Assembly (NCBI GenBank): GCA_040260805.1
Contig: JBDQPD010000034.1
Location: 1 to 33,388, forward strand
Direction: 5' to 3'
DNA length: 33,388 nucleotides
DNA from: Myxococcota bacterium
GTDB lineage: Bacteria; Myxococcota; UBA4151
Positions within the stretch are counted from its first letter, which is position 1; each line of letters begins with the position of its first letter. Below are positions 1 through 8,454 of the stretch, one piece after another. The notes under the pieces are model-generated. The model did not search any database. It was not told where the DNA came from and saw only the letters and a list, made by a program, of their open reading frames with translations. The position numbers and the translations under genes are program-made.

Positions 1-940
1 CTTGAGCCGCTTCAGGGCAGCCCAAGTGGCTGAGCATCATCGCTGAGCTTAGAACCGCTGCCATCGGGTTCGCCTTACCGGTTCCCACCAAGTCTGGAGC
101 TGAGCCGTGTACCGGCTCAAAGAGGGAACATCGCCCGGGGTGAATATTACCCGACGCTGCAGTTCCAAGTCCGCCCTGCAAACCGGCGCCTAGATCCGAC
201 AAAATATCGCCAAATAGATTCTCGGTGACCACCACATCAAAGCGCTCTGGATTTTGAACCATCTCCATCGCAGCGACATCAACGTAGAGGTGGAAATGCT
301 CGACCTCCGGATATTCCGATGCGACCTCGCGAAAGGTGCGTTGCCAGAGCTCATGGCCTTGTCTCATCGCATTGGCTTTGTCGGTCATGCACACGGAGCG
401 GCGATCGTTGTGCCGAGCGAACTCAAAGGCTGCGCGGATAATACGCTCGGTGCCCTTTCGCGTGTACACTGCGCTTTGAGTTGCGATCTCGTCTTTCGTT
501 CCTTTGCGTACCTGCCCCCCAACGCCAACGTACAACCCTTCCGTGTTCTCTCGGAAAATCACCATGTCGACCTGGTCGGGCCCCTTGCCTTTGAGTGGGC
601 ACAGTTCGGGAGCAAAAAGTTTGATAGGACGCAGGTTAATGAACAGATCGAGTTCAAACCGGGCACCGAGCAAGAGTTGTCGCCCATGCGCCATGTCCGG
701 TACGCGCTGGTCACCTACAGCGCCAAACAAGATGGCGCCATAGTTTGCCCGAAAGTCGTCAAAGCGCCCGGGTTCGATACCGACACCGTGCTCGAGATAA
801 TAATCGGCGCCGTACGCAAAGACCTCAAAATCGAGGCTCACTCCTGCTCGCTGGGCAGCCGCTAAAGCCACGCGTTGCGCCTGCTCGGTGACCTCCGGGC
901 CAATACCGTCGCCGCCAATCACTGCTATCTTATGCGTCAT
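1..940 (-). CDS. leuB: Isocitrate/isopropylmalate dehydrogenase family protein, probably 3-isopropylmalate dehydrogenase (3' end runs off the window)
   Basis: Missing from the ORF track because it has no stop in the window. My translation from the ATG at 940 reads MTHKIAVIGGDGIGPEV...GAVGD...RFELDLFINLRP...RENTEGLY...DKANAM...VVTENLFGDILSD...FEPVHGSAPDLVGTGKANPMAA, all hallmark motifs of this family. The substrate (isopropylmalate, tartrate or other) is inferred. Confidence 0.75.
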   Translation of the reverse strand, partial: MTHKIAVIGGDGIGPEVTEQAQRVALAAAQRAGVSLDFEVFAYGADYYLEHGVGIEPGRFDDFRANYGAILFGAVGDQRVPDMAHGRQLLLGARFELDLFINLRPIKLFAPELCPLKGKGPDQVDMVIFRENTEGLYVGVGGQVRKGTKDEIATQSAVYTRKGTERIIRAAFEFARHNDRRSVCMTDKANAMRQGHELWQRTFREVASEYPEVEHFHLYVDVAAMEMVQNPERFDVVVTENLFGDILSDLGAGLQGGLGTAASGNIHPGRCSLFEPVHGSAPDLVGTGKANPMAAVLSSAMMLSHLGCPEAAQ

Positions 941-1000
941 CACCGCCCCCACCGCTGCTCAGCACGGAGTCTCTGACTCATGGTGATCGATTTGGTCAAA

Positions 1001-1186
1001 TCAGTAATGCGGTGGCGGATCATGATGTGGCCCGATCGGCTGATCCGTATCCGCACGCTCCTGAGAAGCAGTGCGCAAGAAATCGATCTGATCCGCTTGC
1101 TGGGTTACCACCTGATTGAGCTGCTCGACCAGGTCTTCAAGTTGAGCAAGTCGCTCTTCTAGATTCTGAATTCTTTGACTGTTCAT
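1001..1186 (-). CDS. slyX: SlyX family protein
   Basis: 61 aa coiled-coil (RIQNLEERLAQLEDLVEQLNQVVTQQ) ending in the characteristic PPHY. Overlaps the stop of the upstream cyclase by 4 nt. Confidence 0.85.
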   Translation of the reverse strand: MNSQRIQNLEERLAQLEDLVEQLNQVVTQQADQIDFLRTASQERADTDQPIGPHHDPPPHY

Positions 1187-2976
1187 CGGGTAGTCACCAC
1201 CTCCACACGCACGACATCCATAGCTTGCTCCACGCCTTTAACCTGAAGTGATTCGTAGGCTAATTTCAAGCCAGCGCTCTTGAGCACATGGCTGACGTCA
1301 GGGTCGTCGTAAACGGTGCGACTGCAGACCACGTCACCGCCCGAGCTCTGCCCCTCAAGCCGAGCAGCCCGATTAACCGTTGCGCCAAAATAATCGAGAC
1401 GATCGTTGAGCGTCACGGCCATGGCGCGCCCGTAATGGAGTCCGAGCTTTAGAACGAGGTCGGACTCAGCATGGACCCGGCGCTGCATGCTAATGGCGCA
1501 CCGCATCGCGTCGGCTGGGTCATCAAAGCTCGCCATGATGGCGTCACCGATCGTCTTGATCAACGCGCCGTGATGACCCTCAATTTCCGAGAGCAAAATA
1601 TCAAAGTGGGCTTTGACCTTGCTAAAAGAGGTGGCGTCACCGTCTGCCTCATACATCGCCGTGCTGCCCTTGAGATCGGTGAACAAGAAGGCCATCGGCT
1701 GGAGCGAAACCACCGCATCAGGCGCCAAAATCTGATCTGAAAAAAGGTCACGAAAAGTCCGCATGGCGATCACTCGTGCGGCGGTCAAAACATCGGTCGG
1801 TGGCTCACCCTCCTCCAAGCTGAGCTTGCGCTGATGATCGGTCCGATTGATCAACACGATCGCATCCGAGTCACCGATGCGCTCCAAGCTCGACGCAGTG
1901 AGTTCAAACGTTCCTAGCTGATCGAGCGCCACCAATTGACCCGAGCTCGCCACTCGAAGCTGAGGCGCGTTCATCCCCGCAATCAAATCGCCAGATAGGC
2001 TCGCCTCCTCGCCAGGTTCAATGTTGGTTTGAGCCACAACATGCGGCGTCCGCATCGGCCCCCCGACGCAATAGTAACCCGCCTCGATAGGGCGCAACGC
2101 AGCGACGGGGCGAAAGGTCAGCTGTACCGAAGAATCAAAGTCTCCATCAAAGCTTACGTTGCAACTCGAGCAGTGAGCTTCACTTTTAAGTCGACTCAAA
2201 TCATCGGCTTCTTCTTTCGAGCCACGACACACCGGACAGATCAGGCTCCATCGCAGCTCTAAATAGCCGTGCCGAGTCGCATGGAGAAACGTTTTGATCG
2301 TCTGCTCTTCATCGAAACCGCGCTCTTGAGCCATCGCGACCGGCTTGATGTGCATCAGATCTAAATCGGTCTCTTCGCGGATCAGGTGAAGCATTGAATC
2401 GACGACCGATGCTGGCATGTTCAATGCGACAAGCTGGTCTCGAGCGCGCTGCAGGCGCCCTTCGTTGGCGAGACCAGATTCAGCGGACGGCGCAGGTAGT
2501 TTGAACGCCCCCTGCCGGTGCGTTCGAATCTGCGCTCGCACCTGATCGACGATACGGCGCACTTCCCGGCTGATAACGAAACGAACGACGAGCCAAAGCA
2601 GCGGCCTCGCCCAGCCAAAGCGCGGGTAAAAATCCGCTGCAAACTGTAGCTCGCAGCCCTCATCTGCCGGATGAAAACCAACCGCCCACGTATAGCCTTT
2701 GAGGATCCCTTTTGTGTGACGTCGAACGACCGAGAAGTGACGACCTTTCTCCCACTCAAAAGGCTCTTCAATATACTCCGCCCCGCCGCCGTCGACGACC
2801 TGACGAACCACTTCACCGCTGTCGAGGTTGATGTCTTCTAAGGTGAGTAACCCGTCACCGCGCAAACGGCTAAAGCGGTCGGTGTCAGCGAAGGCGTTGT
2901 AGGCCTCGTCAGGAGACAAGGCGACCACTTCATTCTGCCGCCACGCAACGGGCACACTATTTTCAAATACAGACAC
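1183..2976 (-). CDS. Class III adenylate/guanylate cyclase with an N-terminal SRPBCC-like domain and a Cys4 (DUF5939-like) middle domain
   Basis: Cyclase motifs FTDLKGST, KTIGDAIMA and DYFGATVNRAARLEG. Middle region has CPVC...CSSC. GTG start preceded by AAAGGA. Confidence 0.85.
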   Translation of the reverse strand: MSVFENSVPVAWRQNEVVALSPDEAYNAFADTDRFSRLRGDGLLTLEDINLDSGEVVRQVVDGGGAEYIEEPFEWEKGRHFSVVRRHTKGILKGYTWAVGFHPADEGCELQFAADFYPRFGWARPLLWLVVRFVISREVRRIVDQVRAQIRTHRQGAFKLPAPSAESGLANEGRLQRARDQLVALNMPASVVDSMLHLIREETDLDLMHIKPVAMAQERGFDEEQTIKTFLHATRHGYLELRWSLICPVCRGSKEEADDLSRLKSEAHCSSCNVSFDGDFDSSVQLTFRPVAALRPIEAGYYCVGGPMRTPHVVAQTNIEPGEEASLSGDLIAGMNAPQLRVASSGQLVALDQLGTFELTASSLERIGDSDAIVLINRTDHQRKLSLEEGEPPTDVLTAARVIAMRTFRDLFSDQILAPDAVVSLQPMAFLFTDLKGSTAMYEADGDATSFSKVKAHFDILLSEIEGHHGALIKTIGDAIMASFDDPADAMRCAISMQRRVHAESDLVLKLGLHYGRAMAVTLNDRLDYFGATVNRAARLEGQSSGGDVVCSRTVYDDPDVSHVLKSAGLKLAYESLQVKGVEQAMDVVRVEVVTTR

Positions 2977-3022
2977 CGGTCATTCCTTTGTTCGCGTACG
3001 CGAGGCATGCCAAGCTTCCCCC

Positions 3023-4618
3023 ATGAAGCCCGATCAGCAAAACCCCCTAAGCCATTTCATGGCGGCGATCCGCTCCAACGCTCTGTATTTACTAGTTTTT
3101 ATGACTATCTCGCTGGCGCTTGGCAGTGCCTTGTTTGCCGGACCTTTGCTCCCATGGCGGGATCTTCCGGATCATTTAGCGCTAATTTCACTTCTTGATC
3201 ATGCTCGCCTGGCCGGATCCGTGGCCGCTGATCACTACCAGCTTCAGTGGCTGCCGGTACCGTATTGGTTATTCTACGGCAGCGTTTGGCTCATCGCTTC
3301 ATTGACCGCCTGGACCACAGCGGTACAGATCGTCGCCTTTGGTGGCATGATCGCCACACCCATCGCCCTTGGCCGTTTGATCAAAGCGCTGGGTCGCGAC
3401 CCCCGCTGGGGGCTGATCGTGATGCCTCTGTTTTTCAATCACAACCTGATGTACGGGTGGGTGAGCTATTGTTTGGGCATACCGGTCCTCTTCATGGCGA
3501 CCGCAGCAGCGATCCGACGACTCGACGGCTTATCTGGGATCAAGCCTTTGGCGGCCTGGAGTTGTCTCTTGTTTCTGGCGCACGCCCAGCTCGCTGCGTT
3601 CTTTGCATTGATCGTCTTTTATCTGGTCCTGAGCTCAACCAAGGATCGTCTGTGGCATCGCGTCAAAACCCTAGGCGTTCCTTTGATCGCTCCCGTTCTT
3701 CTGGGGCTGCCATGGGTGATCGCTCGATTGATGGGACAACACAGCCGCGGTGAAGTCACCTCGGGCGCTGCTTTGATCTTTCACGACCCGGTCACTCGAC
3801 TGAAGCGACTCCCCGACTTCCTGACCAACTGCTGGAGCGGGAACCAAGATGATTGGATGGGGCTAGCGACGATCGCAGCGATTGTGTTGTTGAGTCGACT
3901 GCCCAACCTCCGAGCGATTCAGGCGGTAGCGCCGCAGCGGTCGCTCGCCAGCGGCCTGGTTCTACTCACCGCCGCGTTGTACTTTATCGCGCCCTGGGAG
4001 ATCCGCTGGCCGACCAACCAATGGGCAATCTACAATCGCTTCGCCATCCTAACTGCGATGACCTCGGCGATCCTCATCGATGTCCCTTTTCCAAACCACT
4101 TGTGGAGGGACCGACGCTGGCCGGCGCTTTGGATCCTAGCGCTCTGGCTGATTCCAGTGTCCATCTTTGCGGGACGGAATCACGAGGTCTATACCGACTT
4201 CAATATGCGCAACGCCTTCGTCCTAGAAACGGTCCGCTCGCTTCCGAGCAACGAGCGAATTTTACCGCTTATTCGGGACGCAGGCGACCCCGCCTCTCAT
4301 CTCGGAGCAGCGGACCAGTTTCACGCCTACTACATCATCGAACACGGAGGGTACGACCCGTACCTCTTTGACAACCCGAGTCACCCCGTCGTTCACCGCG
4401 CTCGAACCAAACCGCCCATGCCACCTTGGAATCAGCCCTTCCGACATCAAGCGCTCAAAGCGCTCGAAGCATGGTCCGCTTCGGACTTGGGCAAGGAGCG
4501 GCCGTTCAACTTGGTCATTGAGCAAGATCGTCGGAGTTCGAAACAGCGATTGAGCCCAGCCTTTGATCCGCCTAAACAGTCAGGACGCTGGGTCATCCAC
4601 CAACGAGGAATTCGATGA
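3023..4618 (+). CDS. Multi-pass membrane protein, possibly a GT-C-fold glycosyltransferase
   Basis: 531 aa with many hydrophobic segments, an acidic DLPDH motif just after the first TM, and a soluble C-terminal domain. ATGA overlap with the next gene. The fold is inferred and the exact start is uncertain. Confidence 0.6.
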   Translation: MKPDQQNPLSHFMAAIRSNALYLLVFMTISLALGSALFAGPLLPWRDLPDHLALISLLDHARLAGSVAADHYQLQWLPVPYWLFYGSVWLIASLTAWTTAVQIVAFGGMIATPIALGRLIKALGRDPRWGLIVMPLFFNHNLMYGWVSYCLGIPVLFMATAAAIRRLDGLSGIKPLAAWSCLLFLAHAQLAAFFALIVFYLVLSSTKDRLWHRVKTLGVPLIAPVLLGLPWVIARLMGQHSRGEVTSGAALIFHDPVTRLKRLPDFLTNCWSGNQDDWMGLATIAAIVLLSRLPNLRAIQAVAPQRSLASGLVLLTAALYFIAPWEIRWPTNQWAIYNRFAILTAMTSAILIDVPFPNHLWRDRRWPALWILALWLIPVSIFAGRNHEVYTDFNMRNAFVLETVRSLPSNERILPLIRDAGDPASHLGAADQFHAYYIIEHGGYDPYLFDNPSHPVVHRARTKPPMPPWNQPFRHQALKALEAWSASDLGKERPFNLVIEQDRRSSKQRLSPAFDPPKQSGRWVIHQRGIR

Positions 4619-7101
4619 GACTACAACTCTTCACAACACAACTGGCAGTTTTGCCATTTGCGCTGTTGGATTGGGGTGCCAGCCCGAGTCATTGGCATAG
4701 TTTGCCAGCGTGCATCGGACTCTACGCGTTGCTCGCTTTGCCGCTCGGCTTAATCGGCGGCGCCTTTGAGCGCTTGTGGCGACCGATGGGGCGCGGACTG
4801 GCTCACATCGCTCGTGAGGATGCGAACCGATTAGGGTTCTTAGTCGGACTCGCAGCGACGATCGCAGTGCAAAGCGCGATCGTTTTATGGAGCGATGGAT
4901 TCAACGCCAAACAGCTGGCGGCCTTGCTCGCCGGGCTTGGGATCATTCCGGCCGGGCTTGTCGGACTCGCTGCCGGTTTGGTGGTTCGGCGAATCGTTCA
5001 GATTTTGCTGCCCGGAAGTCACGGACGCAACACCACCTGGCTAGGCGTCCTTGGGCTTTTGGCGACGCTATCGCTGCTGGGTCATCGCTGGAGCCGACCG
5101 GATCTTTGGGCTACCGTTCACTTTCCTTTGCTCCCCTACCTGCCTCTTTTACCGGCTCTGTGGATTCGATGCGGGCAACGGGTTCGAGCGTGGGAACAGC
5201 GCCCGCGCTGGCTGGTCAATATTGTCCCCTTACCCCTGCTCGCGTTTACGCTTTGGTTTCCCTCAGTCGCCTCAAACCTAGTGCGCTCAGATGGGGTCGC
5301 AGGGCATACGGTGTTGCTCTTGCGCCAGCTGATGGACTCAGATGCCGACGGATTTTCGGCGTGGCTTGGCGGGGGTGACTGCAACGACGCCAACAAAGCC
5401 ATCAACCCTGGCGCTTTTGACAACCCACGCGACGGGATTGATCAAGACTGCGACGGAACGGACTTCACGCCGGCTAAGCCCAATCCAGCAGAGCGCTTTG
5501 CGCACCTACCTAAGACCTATGAGGCGCCTAGAAATTTGGTGTTGATCACCATCGACACCCTACGAGCTGACCGGATCAGCTGGTACGGAAGCCCTCACGA
5601 CACGATGCCGAAAACCCAAAAGATGTTGGTCGACCAGGGCGCAGCGCTCATGCGCGCCTACGCCAGCGGCGTTCGCTCACAGCGCTCGATCCCGTCGATG
5701 GTGATCGGTCGCTACCCCTCGCGTCTAAAATGGGGCGCCAAGGGGCGAGACGCAGTCAGCGTCGATCCCGACAATCTGAGCATGGGTGAATTGCTCAAAC
5801 AAGCAGGCTTTAAGACCCATGCGATCATCATGGAAAAGTATTTTGCGAAGCAAAGCGGGCTAACTCAGGGCTGGGAATTTCACCGCGCCAATCGGATCCA
5901 GCCCGGCGTCGTCAACTGGAGCAAATCGACCAGCGCAGCGATCTCCAAATACACGCTCAAAATGATCAAGAAGCTGAACAAGAAAGAGGACCGATGGGCA
6001 ATATGGGTCCATTATTACGACCCTCACATTCGCTTCGCTCGCAGCCGGTTTGGACACAACGCTAAAGCGCGCTACGACGAGAGCCTCGCGGTGACCGACA
6101 AGCATCTTGAGCCTCTGCTCAAGGGAATTGACCGAAGCAACACCCTCGTCGTTTTAGCCTCTGATCATGGCCAAGGCTTGGGAACCCATGGACACCACGG
6201 ACATGGATCCCACCTCTTTGAAGAAGACATTCACGTCCCCTTGGTTTTTGCCGGGCCTGGAATTGAGCCCCAACGGCTCCAGGATGTTGTGAGCAATGTG
6301 GATATCGTCCCCACCGTCATGAACCTACTCAATCTAGCGAGCGCTAAAGCGCTCTGGGACGGACGAACTCTTGTGCCCGCCCTTTTCGGTCTTGAGATGC
6401 CGGCGAAGCCAGTTTTTGCAGAGGCTCTTCCTGATCCACATACCGACGATCACGCCTGGTCGATGCGTCTGGGCGATGACAAGATTATCCACGATCTCAA
6501 GCGCCAAACACGAACCCTTTATAACCTTAAAGATGATCCCCAAGAACGCACAGGAAGAGACCCGATCTCTGACCAGGATCAACAGCTCGTTCGGCTGCTG
6601 AACGCGCACCGAGCGACCGCCACTTGGATCAACAAGGGCGATTATGGTGGCAAACGCAAAAGCAAACCCAAGGAAAAGCTGCGCAAACCCGATCGTATCG
6701 AAGGCGATTTGGAGGTCCAAGTCGGCGAGTTCTTCAAGCTTAAGCGATTTGCTCTGCTCGACCCGCCTCACGCAGGTGCTCGGATTCGGCTCCGGTTAAA
6801 CGTCGAAGTGCTCAAAGAGGTCAAAGGTCGAGTCAACGCGATGGTCCACATCGATGGCTCGACCAAAGATGGATCGAAGATCTTCTTGAACCGAGACCAA
6901 GCGATCAAGCCCGTCCCTGATTGGAAGCCTGGCGAGAGCCGTGAGGTGATGGTCGACTTCTTGGTTCCGCGCAACGCAAAGGGCGGCCAAGTCGCAGCCT
7001 TCATAGGCTTCTTCAAGCCCGGACAGCGCAAATGGAAAGCCCTTGGGCGGTCGGTCGATATTCGCGGCCGAATCAGCACCGCACGCTTTACTCTGAAATA
7101 G
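4615..7101 (+). CDS. Membrane-anchored sulfatase-like hydrolase/transferase (alkaline phosphatase superfamily) with a MopE-like metal-binding motif
   Basis: N-terminal TM region, then DSDADGF...GDCNDANKAINPGAFDNPRDGIDQDCDG, then core motifs LITIDTLRAD, HYYDPH, SDHG and HG..LFEEDIHVPL, then an extra C-terminal beta-rich domain. Confidence 0.85.
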   Translation: MRLQLFTTQLAVLPFALLDWGASPSHWHSLPACIGLYALLALPLGLIGGAFERLWRPMGRGLAHIAREDANRLGFLVGLAATIAVQSAIVLWSDGFNAKQLAALLAGLGIIPAGLVGLAAGLVVRRIVQILLPGSHGRNTTWLGVLGLLATLSLLGHRWSRPDLWATVHFPLLPYLPLLPALWIRCGQRVRAWEQRPRWLVNIVPLPLLAFTLWFPSVASNLVRSDGVAGHTVLLLRQLMDSDADGFSAWLGGGDCNDANKAINPGAFDNPRDGIDQDCDGTDFTPAKPNPAERFAHLPKTYEAPRNLVLITIDTLRADRISWYGSPHDTMPKTQKMLVDQGAALMRAYASGVRSQRSIPSMVIGRYPSRLKWGAKGRDAVSVDPDNLSMGELLKQAGFKTHAIIMEKYFAKQSGLTQGWEFHRANRIQPGVVNWSKSTSAAISKYTLKMIKKLNKKEDRWAIWVHYYDPHIRFARSRFGHNAKARYDESLAVTDKHLEPLLKGIDRSNTLVVLASDHGQGLGTHGHHGHGSHLFEEDIHVPLVFAGPGIEPQRLQDVVSNVDIVPTVMNLLNLASAKALWDGRTLVPALFGLEMPAKPVFAEALPDPHTDDHAWSMRLGDDKIIHDLKRQTRTLYNLKDDPQERTGRDPISDQDQQLVRLLNAHRATATWINKGDYGGKRKSKPKEKLRKPDRIEGDLEVQVGEFFKLKRFALLDPPHAGARIRLRLNVEVLKEVKGRVNAMVHIDGSTKDGSKIFLNRDQAIKPVPDWKPGESREVMVDFLVPRNAKGGQVAAFIGFFKPGQRKWKALGRSVDIRGRISTARFTLK

Positions 7102-8386
7102 TCTGCTCTGCGCGCTCGAGGATGGCTTCTTTGTCGAGCTGGCTCCAGCCGATACGCGTCAATTTCCGGTACAAGGTCGAGCGAGCGATTCCCAAGTGCC
7201 TGGCAGCCTCGGAGAGGTTTCCCCGTCCGGCGCAGATGCCAAGAGCTAATCGGACCTTCTCATCGCCCAGATGAACTTGAGTCCCAGCTGCTCTCTTCGG
7301 TTTGAGCGCCAAATCCTGAGCATGGATGACCTGACCGGTCGCTAAAATAGCCGCACGCGTGATCAAATTTCTCAACTCTCGCACGTTCCCCGGCCAATCG
7401 TAACGCGTAAGCGCCTCGAGCGCATCCGCGTGAAAACGAAGGTCAGCGTCGTAAAGCTCGAGGAGATGACGGGCGATGGCTGGCAAATCGTTAGTGCGCC
7501 GCCGGAGCGGCTCGATCTGCAAAGGAAAAACAGCGATTCGGTGGTATAGATCAGGTCGAAATTCTTGGCTCTGAATCATCTGATCCAGATCACGATGAGT
7601 GGCGGCGACGATGCGCACATCCACCTGGCGCTCGCGAGGCTCTCCAAGACGTCGGATTGCGCCCGACTCAAGGACGCGCAGGAGCTGGACCTGAACGGAC
7701 GCAGGGAGCTCTCCAACCTCATCCAGAAAGAGCGTCCCACCATGCGCTGATGCGAAGGCGCCGACACGATCTCGGTCGGCGCCCGTGTAGGCGCCTCGAA
7801 CCGCACCGAAGAGCTCTGCCCCGACTAAATCCGGTGAAAATGCGCCGCAGTTGATCGGCACAAAGGCACCGCGCCGACCGCTCAGATCGTGAACCGCTTG
7901 CGCAACCTTCTCCTTGCCGACGCCGGTCTCTCCTTGGATCAACACCGGCACCCCTGTCGGCGCGACGCGGCGCACGAGACGAGCGAGCTCGAGCATCGAG
8001 ACATCACCTCCGACCAAACCAGGTAGAGCCTCTTGCTGAGCCAGCTGAGCGCAGTCTTGCAGTTCGAACCACATCACCGCACCGCCAAAGCGTAACTCTG
8101 CGCGATCGGGTAGAATGGCGCGCTCAACTCGAGCTCCGCTGACATAGGTTCCATTACGCGAATTTAGATCGACGACCTCCCAGCCCTTCGAGCAGCGCCG
8201 AAGTTCGGCGTGCATCGACGAGAGACCAGCACCTTGCGGGGAGACATCGTTACCCCTTCCTCGCCCAATCCTGACCAAACGACCGCGCAACGGGCGCCTG
8301 AGAATACCGGCACCGCTGAGGTAGGCAGGGCCCTCGTTTGCGCTGATGGGCCAGTCCAAAGTTTCGGTCTTAAGTCGTTCGTCCAT
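7088..8386 (-). CDS. FHA-domain sigma54-dependent transcriptional activator (bEBP) with a Fis-type HTH
   Basis: FHA motifs (IGR, SSMH, DLNSRNGT), Walker A GETGVGKE, GAYTGA loop, Walker B LFLDEV, WPGNVREL, and HTH GNLSEAARHLGIARSTLYRKL. RBS GGAGGGG. Confidence 0.92.
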   Translation of the reverse strand: MDERLKTETLDWPISANEGPAYLSGAGILRRPLRGRLVRIGRGRGNDVSPQGAGLSSMHAELRRCSKGWEVVDLNSRNGTYVSGARVERAILPDRAELRFGGAVMWFELQDCAQLAQQEALPGLVGGDVSMLELARLVRRVAPTGVPVLIQGETGVGKEKVAQAVHDLSGRRGAFVPINCGAFSPDLVGAELFGAVRGAYTGADRDRVGAFASAHGGTLFLDEVGELPASVQVQLLRVLESGAIRRLGEPRERQVDVRIVAATHRDLDQMIQSQEFRPDLYHRIAVFPLQIEPLRRRTNDLPAIARHLLELYDADLRFHADALEALTRYDWPGNVRELRNLITRAAILATGQVIHAQDLALKPKRAAGTQVHLGDEKVRLALGICAGRGNLSEAARHLGIARSTLYRKLTRIGWSQLDKEAILERAEQTISE

Positions 8387-8454
8387 AGCCCCTCCAAATC
8401 AGCTTGAAGGATCCTATTGGCATTTTTTAAGAGAGAATGAAAAGGGGCGCTAAA

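Noticed and set aside
254..865. 203-aa plus-strand ORF
   Set aside because: Antisense shadow of the leuB-like gene, which has clear family motifs on the minus strand.
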